A DNA stretch of 63,094 nucleotides, counting the filler, from an uncultured bacterium (lineage in GTDB: Bacteria; Auribacterota; CAZIXI01): NCBI GenBank assembly GCA_964543115.1. It is 9 parts of 9 records of this genome, joined end to end, with 100 filler letters (N's around TTAATTAATTAA, not from the genome) between each part and the next. Parts side by side here need not be neighbours in the genome. Positions count along the whole stretch, not along the records: positions 7,214 to 14,325 come from CAZIXI010000180.1; positions 14,426 to 21,400 come from CAZIXI010000182.1; positions 21,501 to 28,474 come from CAZIXI010000183.1; 6 more parts are not named here. The stretch is one strand, 5' to 3'. Positions 12,301 through 22,369 of the stretch are shown piece by piece. The position numbers were made by a program, and so were the translations under genes. Every line of letters starts with the position of its first letter. Within the stretch, counting starts at the first letter, position 1. The notes under the pieces are model-generated. The model had not been told where the DNA came from. It searched no databases and worked only from the letters and a program-made list of their open reading frames with translations.

Positions 12301-12522
12301 GCCGTAAAGAGGATCCCAGCCAAAAGGATAAGGGCTGAAATTACCGCTCCAGCAGTATCTGACATAAGTTAAGGCCTTAGGTTCATCCGGATGAAAGGCG
12401 TGGGGCAGGCCGAAACCGATTCCCCAGACCCGGATAGCCAGGGCCAGCAAACTGATAAGTAGTATCAGCCAGATAGCGTAATTCTTAGCCGGTGTGTTCG
12501 TTTCCTGATTTTTCTGTATCAT
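9358..12522 (-). CDS. ArnT/PMT-like (GT39/GT83, GT-C) membrane glycosyltransferase with TPR and C-terminal periplasmic domains
   Basis: FGLPHAFHPDEP loop and multi-TM N-terminal ~400 aa, then TPR-like helices (LAENYFLQDDPDNARTEYEKLLRQHPNN) and a C-terminal beta domain. Confidence 0.8.
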   Translation of the reverse strand: MIQKNQETNTPAKNYAIWLILLISLLALAIRVWGIGFGLPHAFHPDEPKALTYVRYCWSGNFSPYPFGWDPLYGTYTFIIFFGQKLLYGLLSLFGYLPFLQNHAAFFRNSETIFLVGRGTTALLGALTVTVIYLLGKKLFNNRIGLTAALILTFSVSHIENSRFIKPDVPIILFIALSVLFAVYIYETGKIWAYLLSGLCVGLALAAKINGCAVGIAGLTAHLLYCRKMKTTWTGAILNPKLLLFIFAIFIGTFIGCPYIFLDWQGFFNQLKWYLEDQARGRGPIYFRWGWLHFLRNINVGMGTAPALLCYAGFLYALWQHKHRHLILISFPLAYFLISGKSTFVAQRYTIQVIPFLAIFGGLLLDTIVNRITKKKLFNYSLYLITLLAFLSAPIKHALADGYFLWLPSTRTIAEEWINNNIPPGTAIALESYSPDISLRKYKTIKYPALGFQPVKNYQELGYEYMITTDFAHNRYIYSQRKDKYQNYIDFYNDLDNDYPLVKEFYLWATGFCNPRIKIYKLEKKIEKPTPPYLLYPPVNDRNPRIFCFLTGSPEYQDNLRPIIVDRKTPAKYIIVSPKKLEEIGLLLRNGKAKNTLSIKTHCWQKKKIITLLPFESKLITLSLSPSLLPVKYYYTISVTSRKAGKTQVQLLTDPYELAIGYAEINDWQKAFPVLKTTLNEKPEKNSAFSLSATYPAGKLLRNTGEVINNSCFYDKNIDAPGLLTYGPYLNFSPGKYITHFYLKGEKDSRKELGKIEVSCAKGSKILAQHLIKGSDFIDNIHYQDFSLPFFNSHWHNELEFRTSAAGTGNLQIEKIVIEPDLDYCYRRNQSRLYVSRGDYKKAAALLPEDTNLRQQLAENYFLQDDPDNARTEYEKLLRQHPNNLNTLGRLGKLYLREGNTQKANEMAARMKKLFPPEKSEINFANSIKFLGYEIDKENVKPGDIFIINYYWQCLDTIERNLIIFVHFTKANGKVKFQNDHQPQDSASPTITWQPGDIIKETFAITVPPDLSPGTYDIRLGIHDPFITQQRLKVVKTDLPTHEERVIIGKLQVK

Positions 12523-12536
12523 TTTTGGACATTTCT

Positions 12537-12591
12537 ATGTAGAAGGTCACCATGTAGGAGGTCTGACCTCCTACATGGTGACCTTCTACAT
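12537..12591. repeat. Perfect 27-bp inverted repeat with 1-nt loop (GTAG-REP-like dimer)
   Basis: ATGTAGAAGGTCACCATGTAGGAGGTC-T-GACCTCCTACATGGTGACCTTCTACAT. Confidence 0.9.
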
Positions 12592-12595
12592 GGTG

Positions 12596-13342
12596 TTAAT
12601 GTTTGGGATGTAGACGTTTGTATAGTTTTAATGCTTGTTGACAGTAGGTTTGCCAACGGAGACGCCAGACTACGAAAAGGGCTTCCTGCACTATTTTATG
12701 AGACATCTTTGATTTTCCCTCTATCCGATCAGTGAATACGATGGGTATTTCTGTTATCCGGTAACCTTTTTGCCAACAAGAATATTTCATCTCGATCTGA
12801 AAGGAGTAACCGTCAGAGTGAATTTGATCCAGGTCGATGTTTTGCAGTACCTCTTTTCGGTAGCAGACAAACCCGGCCGTGGCATCTTTTACCGGCAGGC
12901 CGGTTATCATTCTTGTATAAATACTGCCGCCATAACTGATAATCAAACGCGAAAGCGGCCAGTTAACCACGCGGAAACCGTGTGTGTAGCGAGAGCCCAC
13001 CACAACGTCGGAATTTTTTATCGCCCGCAGAAAATCCGGTATATATTTGGGATCGTGGGAGAAATCGGCGTCCATTTCAAAAATATAATCCATGTTATTG
13101 GCCAGTGCATATTTAAAACCGGCCAGATAAGCTGAGCCCAATCCCAGTTTTCCCTGCCGATGGATCACCGCAACGCGCAGATTAAGAGCGGCCAGCTTCT
13201 CGGCAATCTTGCCGGTGCCGTCCGGAGAATTATCATCAATGATGAGAACGCTGATTTGTTCGCCAATAGCCAGCAATTGCGAGACTATCTTTTCTACATT
13301 CTCTTTTTCGTTATAGGTGGGGATAATAATTAATGTTTTCAT
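12596..13342 (-). CDS. Polyprenol monophosphomannose synthase (GT2, DPM1-like)
   Basis: IIIPTYNEKEN, DDNSPDGTG, GLGSAY, EMDADFSHDP, SFQIEM motifs. Confidence 0.9.
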   Translation of the reverse strand: MKTLIIIPTYNEKENVEKIVSQLLAIGEQISVLIIDDNSPDGTGKIAEKLAALNLRVAVIHRQGKLGLGSAYLAGFKYALANNMDYIFEMDADFSHDPKYIPDFLRAIKNSDVVVGSRYTHGFRVVNWPLSRLIISYGGSIYTRMITGLPVKDATAGFVCYRKEVLQNIDLDQIHSDGYSFQIEMKYSCWQKGYRITEIPIVFTDRIEGKSKMSHKIVQEALFVVWRLRWQTYCQQALKLYKRLHPKH

Positions 13343-13872
13343 GGTTTAGCTTTTTTCCAGCGATAAAAAAAGAGTATTAAGACTATCGGCCCCAGTTTCA
13401 GGATCTCACTGCCCATGGTCTTTACGTTAAACCAGCTGAATAAACTGGCCATGGTTAATTTCTTTAACGGCGCGAATATGGGGCAGCCGGAATAAAAATA
13501 AAAATCACTGAACGGCCAGAATATCCTGACGCCATATGGGTCTCGTGTGTCATACGTAAGGCAATCCACGATTATATGGGTATAAACCAGCAAAAAAACA
13601 ATTAGGGAAAATTTCAGCCGCTCTTTTTTTCTGAATAAATATGCCAGACAACTGCATATAATAGCAAATCCCAGTGTGTGTGTATAGGTATGATGCCAAT
13701 TATTCGCCAGGTCGATGTCACCCCATAAAAGAGGGATGAAATCGATATCGGGAAGATTGGCAAAGAATAGATAGATTAATACTTCCTTCCAGTGGCGGAA
13801 GAGATTATATCCCTTGTTAAAGATATAATAGTAAATCAGGCCTAAAAGTGAATGTCCGATAGGGGAACACAT
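13339..13872 (-). CDS. YdjM-like membrane metal-dependent hydrolase
   Basis: SPIGH, LPDID, HHTYTHT, THIIVD motifs. Confidence 0.8.
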   Translation of the reverse strand: MCSPIGHSLLGLIYYYIFNKGYNLFRHWKEVLIYLFFANLPDIDFIPLLWGDIDLANNWHHTYTHTLGFAIICSCLAYLFRKKERLKFSLIVFLLVYTHIIVDCLTYDTRDPYGVRIFWPFSDFYFYSGCPIFAPLKKLTMASLFSWFNVKTMGSEILKLGPIVLILFFYRWKKAKP

Positions 13873-13879
13873 AAAAAAC

Positions 13880-13910
13880 GGTTTATAGTTTCTGGTTTAT
13901 GGTTTATGGT
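13880..13910. repeat. Short heptamer tandem (GGTTTAT-type) overlapping a stop codon
   Basis: GGTTTAT AGTTTCT GGTTTAT GGTTTAT GGT. Confidence 0.55.
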
Positions 13911-14325
13911 CTTTTTCTAATTCGTAAAGGTTGGCGTCGGTGCGCCAGAGGTGGTATTTACCGATCAGTTTTGCCTCTTCCATATCTGTTGGGAAATGTT
14001 GTTTGTAGTATTGATCTTCACGGTTGTATTTTACGGCAAAAACATGGGTGGCACCCACCTGTTTTAAGAATTCCGGATCATCATTGATCAGACCCCGCCA
14101 GGATAAATAGGCCTTATGTTGATTGCCGAGGCAAAGCTCAGCTGACCAGAGACCACAGATAACCGTCTGGGGAAATGTTTTTCCCAGATATTCCGATAGT
14201 TGTTTTACTCTGTACTGGGGATGAGACATCCATTTCCTGTATAGTTTTACGTTATATATAGTGGATAGGATATCTACTATGCCGCAGACGGCTAGGAGCC
14301 AAGATTTGTTCCTGGCCAGGCGGGC
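13897..14325 (-). CDS. C-terminal fragment of a membrane protein (5'-truncated), possibly another GT-C glycosyltransferase
   Basis: The frame of ORF 13897..14229 stays open to the contig edge (ARLARNKSWLLAVCGIVDILSTIYNVKLYRKW-MSHPQY...). The product guess comes from context only. Confidence 0.55.
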   Translation of the reverse strand, partial: ARLARNKSWLLAVCGIVDILSTIYNVKLYRKWMSHPQYRVKQLSEYLGKTFPQTVICGLWSAELCLGNQHKAYLSWRGLINDDPEFLKQVGATHVFAVKYNREDQYYKQHFPTDMEEAKLIGKYHLWRTDANLYELEKDHKP

Positions 14326-14425
14326 NNNNNNNNNNNNNNNNNNNNNNNNNNNNNNNNNNNNNNNNNNNNTTAATTAATTAANNNNNNNNNNNNNNNNNNN
14401 NNNNNNNNNNNNNNNNNNNNNNNNN
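14326..14425. other. Artificial contig linker
   Basis: 44 N + TTAATTAATTAA + 44 N. Confidence 0.97.
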
Positions 14426-14427
14426 TC

Positions 14428-17400
14428 TTAGCTGATATCCGACAGATATTGAGCGGCAGCAGACAAGCGCCAATCGGACGTTTACCGCTTATTCATGGCA
14501 AGGAAGAAAAGGTGAGGAGATTGCTGGAGGATTCAGATAAGCCTTACCTTGCTGCCCTGCATGAAGAGTTTGGTGATCTTGTCTGCAGTGCGGATATCAA
14601 GGGGAATATTGAAGTAATGGAGGTTGGCGGTAAGAAAATGCTACTAATAAGCAAATCACTGCTGCAGAAGCTGCCGAATATAGAGAAAAAACCGGCTTGT
14701 CTGGAGCTGGTGTTTGCAGAATTTTGTTTAGCTGCGTATCTGGAGGTTGAATATTCGCTTCCAGCGGAAGTTGCTGATTCTCTAACCGCGCTTATCCTGG
14801 AACGGCTGTTAGCTGCACTTCCGCAGGTAGAGAAAGCAAGGATGCAACAGTTCTTGGGGCAAAGAGCACCAGAGTGGACCTATGAAGAAGTTTTGGGTGG
14901 TGTAGTCCTGCGGCTGGTAGGCGCATTTAAGGCTGCCGCCAGCAAACCCAAACCCGTAGCCCGTATTATGCGAAACAAATTGACTGTGCAAATATCGCAA
15001 GAAATTGGCGCATTATCAGTTGACGAGCAGTATAAAATACTAATCCTCCTGAGTAATGATCCCGACAAAGCACTGGTTGATTTTGTTCTTAAGGCAATCA
15101 GTGAATTGAATGAAAATGTATCCGATGAAGATGGGGATGTTGGTGTGAGTCCAGTTGTTTCATCACGCCTGGGAATGAAAAAGCAGCAGCCGCGGGGAGA
15201 TGCGGAAATGCTATATGATGTTGATGAGCCGGATGCGGATATTTATGAAATGGTTAATAAAGAAGAAATTGCCGTAGCGGTGGCCAGACTGCGGGAAACC
15301 CATCCCCGGCAATGGCAGGCGCTGAGAGAAAGAACAAACGATTTTGAGTATTTCTTTTTCTTTCGTAACTTGCCTTCAGCAGCAGGAATCTATGATTTGG
15401 GTGCGGATGTGCCTGAAGCGGACCGCTTTGTGTTTGCGCTGGATAGTGACCTGCGGGAAGTGCTCAGTTCTGGAGAGCTGGATAAAGATGCTTTGGCGGA
15501 TTTCTATTATTTACTGCTGGTGCATGAGGGAACGGAACTGCTGCTGCGGGAGGAGAGAGAAAGTTGTGAGACTATTTCACCTGATCTGCAGACAGAGGTA
15601 ATGGCGTTTATGGAAAAGGCAGAAGCATATCTGGAAATGCCTGCGGAAAGAAGGGAGAAGTTAAAGGAATTATTATTGGTATTTGATCGAGGGGAAGAAG
15701 ATGTTGAAGATAGATTCATGCCGGTAGTTGAGTTTATAGAAAGATTGGCGGAAGGAAATCTTAAAATTGAAGAGAAAATATTAAGAATAATAGATTTTGT
15801 GTTAACCGATCCGGATTATGCCGCTCAGCGGGTTGATCAGCCGGCACGAGTAAAATTAGCGAAAAATTTGGCGGTTCAAAGTTATAATCCTGCAGATTAT
15901 ATTGGCAGGCAGCTGACAGCAGCTGGAAGAGAAAAGGTAGTGGAGTCTATCAGTGCCCATATGGCTGGAGGGTTTGCCAGGGCAGGATATTTGTATAGCA
16001 AACTAGCAGTGCGCTGGATTACCGATGGTGACGCGCAAATGACCGTGCTGAGAACATTGATGGCAATTTTTAAAAATAGCGATACTGGTAGATTTGAACG
16101 ACCACATACAGCATATAGATACCGTGAATCGGCTTTAAGCTGGGTAAAAGACGAGGGAAAACAGGCAGAAATACTCAATGAGATAAGAGTTTTATTTAGT
16201 CATCATGATAAATCGATTCGCAATGAAGCACTGAATTTATATGTAGGTTTAGTGCTGGAATGGGTAGTTGATAAAAACGGCCAGCAGGAAGCACTTAAGG
16301 CAGTAGGAAATATGCTTGCTGATGATGACAAATATTTGCGTGAAAGGGCTTTAGGCTTATATGCTGAATTGGCGCAAAAATGGATTACTAATCAATACAG
16401 GAGAGAAGAAGTAATTAGGGAAATAAAACATGCCTTTCATGATCAGTCTGGCGGTGTGCTGCGGGAAGCAGCCGAGGTATTCGATGAATTATCTTTAGCC
16501 TGGAGCATAAATAAAGAGCAGAAGAAAGAAGTGCTAGCAAAACTAAAAAGAAGATTAAAAGATACAGATTATTTTGTGCGTTGGCAGGCATTAATGGCAT
16601 ATGAAAAACTGGCCCGGGGACTAGCGGTCTATGAAAATGAACGCTTACAGGTGCTTAATGTTCTGGAATCCGCATTGAAGGATGATGACCGCAATGTCCG
16701 CCGGGTGGCATTAAAGGCGTATACGGAATTGGCAAAGGAATGGTTGGCCGACAAAGATAAACAGTCAGAAGTGCTTAGTAAGGTAAAAGAAAGATTTCGG
16801 GATGTAGAAAGGGAAATACGTCATGATGCAGTAAAAGCATATTGTGTTTTGGCCAAGAACTGGCTTGATAATAGAGGTGAGCAAGAGCAGGCATTGGCTG
16901 CTGTAAAGAATGAATTTTGGCAGAAAAAAACTGCTATTGAGCCGGCATTAACTGCCTATTATGAATTGGCTGGTGCATGGCTGCTTGATGAAACCCGGCA
17001 GACGGCAGAGCTTAATGAAATTGAAGGAAAACTCCGGGAGCGTAATTTTAAGGTGCGCCAAAGGGCGGTAATGATCTATGGTAAGCTAGCTGGGCAATGG
17101 CTGACAGATCAGGGGAAACAGAAAAGGGTGCTGAAGGCAATAAAGGAAAGATTTCAGGAAAGAAGCGTGCCTCTGCGTGAAGTTGCTTTGCAGGTGTATT
17201 GTGAGTTGTCCCAGCAGTGGTTAGCTACACAAGCCGATCGTAGAGCGGCATTTAATGAAGTGAAGAAAAGATTTCAGGATACAAATGAAAAAGTCAGGTC
17301 TTACGCCATCAAAGATTATGCAGGTTTGGCTAAACAGTGGCTAACCGTTAAGGCTGATCGCCTGCAGGCGCTTAGTGATATAAGGAAAGGTTTTAAGGAC

Positions 17401-20400
17401 AAAAAAGATACTGTACGCAAACAAGCAGTAAAACAGTATTGTAAATTAGTACAGGAGTGGTTAACGGAAAGAGATGAACGGCTGCTGGCACTTGATTATC
17501 TAAAAGAAATGCTCTCTGATGGAAATCAGTATGTGCGTGCTGCTGCGCTGGAAAATTATTGTGAGTTGGCAGAGAATTGGCTGACAGATAGTGACAAACA
17601 AACGGAAGTTCTTGCTGCGATAAGCGAAAGATTTTCGGATAAACGAGTAAATTTACGAAGACAGGCATTAGATAAGTACGCCAGCCTAGCGCAAAAATGG
17701 GTTGTTAGCAAAGCAGCTCAGACAGCAGTACTTAATGCGATAAAAGACCAGTTTAGCAATGTTAATGATCTGGTGCGCGCCGCGGCCATAAGCGCCTATT
17801 GCAAATTGGCCTTAGTATGGGCAATTGACAAGAATAAGCAAGAGCAAATGCTTAGTGAAATAAAAGTAATGTTCACAGATAAGAAAGGTAGTGTGCGTAA
17901 TGCTGCTAGCGCAGCTGCCGCAACAATGCTTGCTCATTTTGGCGGGGATGAGTTTGCTGAATACATTAGGGAGATTGGCGATAAGGATGAAGTAACAGAA
18001 AAAGATATTTATGCGCTTGATGAGTTGGTAAATGCCTTGAATAGAATGGTTAAGCAGGCGGAACAGGCAATGCCGGCAGCTAGTACGGTTGTCTCTTCCC
18101 GCCTGGGAATAAAAAAGCAGCCGCCGGCGGGGGAAGCGGAGATGTTGTTGGGTGAAAAGGATCCGGAAGAGGAAGTTTATGAGATGGTAAATAAAAAGGA
18201 AATTGCCGCGGCAGTGACCAGACTGCAGCAAACCCATTCCCAGCAATGGCGGGCGTTAAAGCGCAGGACAAAAAATTTTGAGTATTTTTACTTTTTTCAA
18301 AATTTACCTTCCGCCGCGGGAATCTATGATTTGGGGGCAACTGTGAATGAAGCGGAAAGATATGTGTTTGCTCTGGACAGTGACTTGCGGGAGGTGCTCA
18401 GTTCCGGGAAACTGGATCAGCAGGCACTGATAGATTTTTACTATCTATTGCTGGTGCATGAGGGAACAGAACTGCTTTTGCGGGAAAATAGAGACAGTGC
18501 TGAAACAATTTCACCTGATTTGGCTACAGAGGCAGCGGCCTTTATTGTAAAGGCCAAGGCTTATTGGGAACTGCCGGCAAAAAGAAGACTGGGATTAAAA
18601 CAGCTGCTGGCAGTGTTTGACAGTAATGAGCAGGATGCAGAAGACAGGTTTATGCCGGTGATTGAGGTTATTGAACAGCTTGGCGAAGATGAATTAGAAA
18701 CTAAAAAGGGGGCCCTGCGGGTCATCGACTATATATTGCAGGATCCTGATTATCAAGTACAGCAACCCAGTGAACAAGATAAAGATAGGCTGGCAGATAT
18801 AATAAAAGAGAATTTCAATAAAAGAGTTGGCTTTAAAAATTATTTTAATGCACATATTCCAGAAAGCAGGAGAATGGAAATACTTGGTAAGCTAGCAGGT
18901 ATTATTAAAGGTAATAAATGGCAGTTGAAGGCGCTAGCTGTCGAGGTGTATAGTAGATTGGCTGCTTTATGGGAAAAAGACAAAAGCCGCCAGAATAGAG
19001 TAGTTGAACTGTTATGGTCTGTGTTAGGAGCCGCAGAATTATCATTTGAAAGAATAGATATCTATAGCGGATTAATCGCCAGCTGGATAAAAGATAAAGG
19101 TGAGCAGGAAAAAATACTTGCTCAATGTGAAAAAGTGTTAAGAACAAATACTGGACTTATTCGTGCGCAAGTAGCAGATGTTTGGAGCCGCTTAATTGAG
19201 GCCTGGGTAAATGATAAAAAAAGGCAGAAAGAAGTAATGGCAAGGCTAGAAACGGAATTGTATGTACTGAGTAGATCCTCGCATACATCTATTAGCGGAA
19301 ACGCAGTAAGGGCATATGGCAGATTGGCTGCTGTTTGTGCAGAAAATGAGGATGAGCAGGAAAGGGTACTAGATATACTCAAAGGCTATTTTGGTGCTGG
19401 GAGTCACGTACATAGTCTTTCTGCAGAGGCTGTAAGGGTTCATGCTAGATTGGCTGAAATTTGGATAAAAAATGAAAGCCGGCAGGAAATGATACTTTGG
19501 GAAGCAAGAAAAATACTGCGTTCTGGGCTCGGTCTAGAGCCTGATGTAGTAGAAGCTTATTGCCGATTGACTGTAGCTTGGGTGAAGGATAAAGACAAGC
19601 AAGAGGCAATACTCAATGAGTTAAAAACCATGATAAGGCGTTGCGCCAGACAAGGAACACAGAAACCTTTCGTGCCTTATGTGAAATTACCCGCTGTCTG
19701 GATAGAGGATAGAAATGTACAAGAAGAAATAATGGCGGAGCTGATAGCAATGTGTGAGAGAATGGATATTCATCCAACAATAGAGGTTCAATTCAAGATA
19801 GAAATCTATAACACATTAGCTGCCGTCTGTATAATAGATAAGCGTACCCAGCAGCGGATCCTAAATGAATTAAGAGGCATAATTTATGGAAAATATCTGG
19901 ATGATATTCAATGGTCTGCGCTAGCGGCCTATAGCAGATTAGCTATGCTCTGGATAAAAGACAGATGGGGTCAGGAGGATGCGCTTAGAGGTGTAAAAGG
20001 AAAGATGAAGGATAGCAGCATGCCCGTTATCCATGATGCGGCAATTGAATATGGAAAAATGTTGGTTGCATTTAAGGAAAATGAACTGGATAGTTATCTT
20101 GAAGGTGTTTTTAATAAAGAGGAGTTGTCGCTGCAAGATGTAGCTGTTCTTGCCGGGATAATGCAAGCATTAGCTGCAATTGACTTGCAAGAAATACAGA
20201 AGGATAAAAAACTTACCACAGTTGTTTCTTCCCGCTTGGGAATAAAAAAGCAGCAGCCGCGGGGAGGGGTGGAATTGCTAATTGATCTTATTAATCTGGA
20301 TCTGGATATTTATGGAATGGTGAATACGGAAGAAATAGCCGCAGCGGCAACCAGGCTGCAGGAAACACATCCCCAACAATGGCAGGTGCTGAGAGAGAGG

Positions 20401-21400
20401 ACAAACGATTTTGAGTATTTCTTTTTCTTCCGTAATCTTCCTTCCGCAGCGGGAATATATGATCTGGGTGCGGATGCAGATGATTCTGAGCGGTTTGTGT
20501 TTGCCCTGGACAGTGATTTACGGGAAGTGCTTAGATCAGGAGAACTTGATAAAGAGGCCTTGGCGGATTTCTTTTATTTACTGCTGGTACACGAAGGTAC
20601 GGAACTGCTGTTACGGGAAGACAGAGAAAGTTGTGAGACTATTTCGCCGGATCTGGAGACAGAAGTGTTTGCTTTTATTGAAAAGATCAAGGCTTATTGG
20701 GCATTGCCGAAAAAAAGAAGGCAGGGTTTAAAACGGTTACTGGTAGTGCTAGACGGTAATGAGCAGGATATTGAAGATAGGTTTATGCCTATTATAGAAT
20801 TTGTAGAGGGATTGAAGAAAGATGAGTTAGAGGAAGAGGGAGAGGGAGAGATATTACGGATAATAGAGTTTATACTTGATAATCCTGATTATACCAGAGA
20901 GTCAGAAATAGACAGGGATGCATTAGCAGAGGGAATTATCGAGAGATATAAAAAGAGAAAAGATTCATTTGAGAAGATATTGTTGGAGACTATTCCTGGT
21001 TTTACCAAACAGCAGAAGATGTTTGCTGCAATAAAAGCTAGATTTGGTGATGAGGAAGGGCCGGTTCGCCTAGCTGCAGTAGAGCTATATGCTAGGTTAG
21101 CCGGTGAATGGATAAAGGACAGGGCCAAACAAGAAGAGGAGCTTACCGCAATAAAAGGCATGTTTGGTGATGAGAAATGGTTTATTCGCGAGACTGCAGT
21201 AATGGCATATGCCAAGTTAGCCGGTGAATGGATAAAGGACAGGAACAAAAGGGAAGAGGTGCTTGCAGAAATAAAGGGCAGATTTGAAGATGAGTACCAT
21301 TTTGTTCGTTATACCGCAGTAGAGGCATACGCTCGGTTAGCCGGTAAATGGATAAAGGACAGGGCCAAACAGCAAGAGGTGCTTACTGCAATAAAAGGCA
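14428..21400 (+). CDS. Internal fragment (>2320 aa, open at both ends) of a giant modular protein: 3 copies of an unassigned HEGTE domain, each followed by HEAT-like repeats
   Basis: The frame is open from the contig start (LADIRQILSGSRQ) to the contig end, and internal repeats are directly visible. Confidence 0.9.
15154..15819 (+). repeat. Conserved ~222-aa intragenic domain, copy 1
   Basis: VVSSRLGMKKQQP...FFFRNLPSAAGIYDLGA...FVFALDSDLREVL...LLLVHEGTELLLRE...DPDY. Confidence 0.9.
16198..17931 (+). repeat. Array of ~15 HEAT-like repeats with a 40-aa period
   Basis: Consensus xDxxxxVRxxAlxxYxxLAxxWlxdxxxqxxvLxxikxxF. Confidence 0.85.
18088..18753 (+). repeat. Conserved intragenic domain, copy 2
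   Basis: VVSSRLGIKKQPP...NLPSAAGIYDLGA...LLLVHEGTELLLRE...DPDY. Confidence 0.9.
20221..20892 (+). repeat. Conserved intragenic domain, copy 3
   Basis: VVSSRLGIKKQQP...NLPSAAGIYDLGA...LLLVHEGTELLLRE...NPDY. Confidence 0.9.
21046..21400 (+). repeat. HEAT-like repeats with exact 120-nt periodicity (truncated)
   Basis: GTTAGCCGGT(G/A)AATGGATAAAGGACAGG recurs at 120-nt spacing on lines 21061, 21181 and 21301. Confidence 0.85.
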
Positions 21401-21500
21401 NNNNNNNNNNNNNNNNNNNNNNNNNNNNNNNNNNNNNNNNNNNNTTAATTAATTAANNNNNNNNNNNNNNNNNNNNNNNNNNNNNNNNNNNNNNNNNNNN
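21401..21500. other. Artificial contig linker
   Basis: 44 N + TTAATTAATTAA + 44 N. Confidence 0.97.
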
Positions 21501-22341
21501 TTAGGCAGTTTGTTGCGGTAGTGGTTGAGCCAGGACTGCAGGCAATAACGCCGGTAGTTGAACCTGCGGAATTATTGGTGTTGCCACTAATAGTACATCT
21601 ATCTAATATCGTAGTATTTCCCATTGCTATTCCACTGCCGTTTTTACATGTATTATTGGAAATAGTACATCCGATAAGCGTTGTTGTGCCACTGACAAAA
21701 AGACCACCACCATTGTCAATGGCGGTATTGCTATCAAAAACACAATCAGTTACTATCCAGGAGCTAGTTCCGGTATTCTGTTGAAGAAGTGCTCCACCAC
21801 CAAGATTGTTGCTGCCAGAACCAGAAATTTCGTTATTGCTGATTGTGCAATTACTAAGTGTTGAGTTTGATGTATCTTGTGCCCAGATACCGCCGCCCAT
21901 GGCGGTGGTTGCTCCGGTAATGGAATTGCTGGTAATTACACAATTCTGGATGGTGACGTTGACCTTTAGATAGGCAACTATGCCTCCGCCAATATAAGTA
22001 CCGCCACCAGCATTGGTGCCGGAGCCATTCTGGATTGTAAAACCGTCTATTGTGCTATCATTATCCATAATAACTACAGTACCACTAGTGTTACCATCAA
22101 TAATGGTTTCGCTGGCGGTGCCGGAAGATTCAACGGTTATGCCGTCTGACAGATTAATATTTTCGGTGTAGGTCCCTGGATAGACTAAAATGGTGTCACC
22201 GCTGGAGGCGGCATCGATAGCCGTTTGGATAGTAGAATAGGTCTTACCCGTGCCCACTTCCAGTGTGGCGGAAAAAATGTTACCGCTAATGGTACAAATT
22301 AATAATATTAGTAGTAAAAGTAAAGAAATTCTGCTCTTCAT
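21501..22341 (-). CDS. Secreted right-handed beta-helix (pectin-lyase-fold) protein, 3'-truncated
   Basis: Signal peptide, YSTIQTAIDAASSGDTILVYPGTYTENI, IDGFTIQNG, repeated GGG(I/L) and xxNxA motifs. Confidence 0.8.
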
Positions 22342-22369
22342 TTGTGCCTCCTTCTATTCTTTTGTTAAC

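Noticed and set aside
21046..21400. 120-nt DNA periodicity as CRISPR or a non-coding array
   Set aside because: It is in-frame and explained by 40-aa HEAT-like protein repeats.
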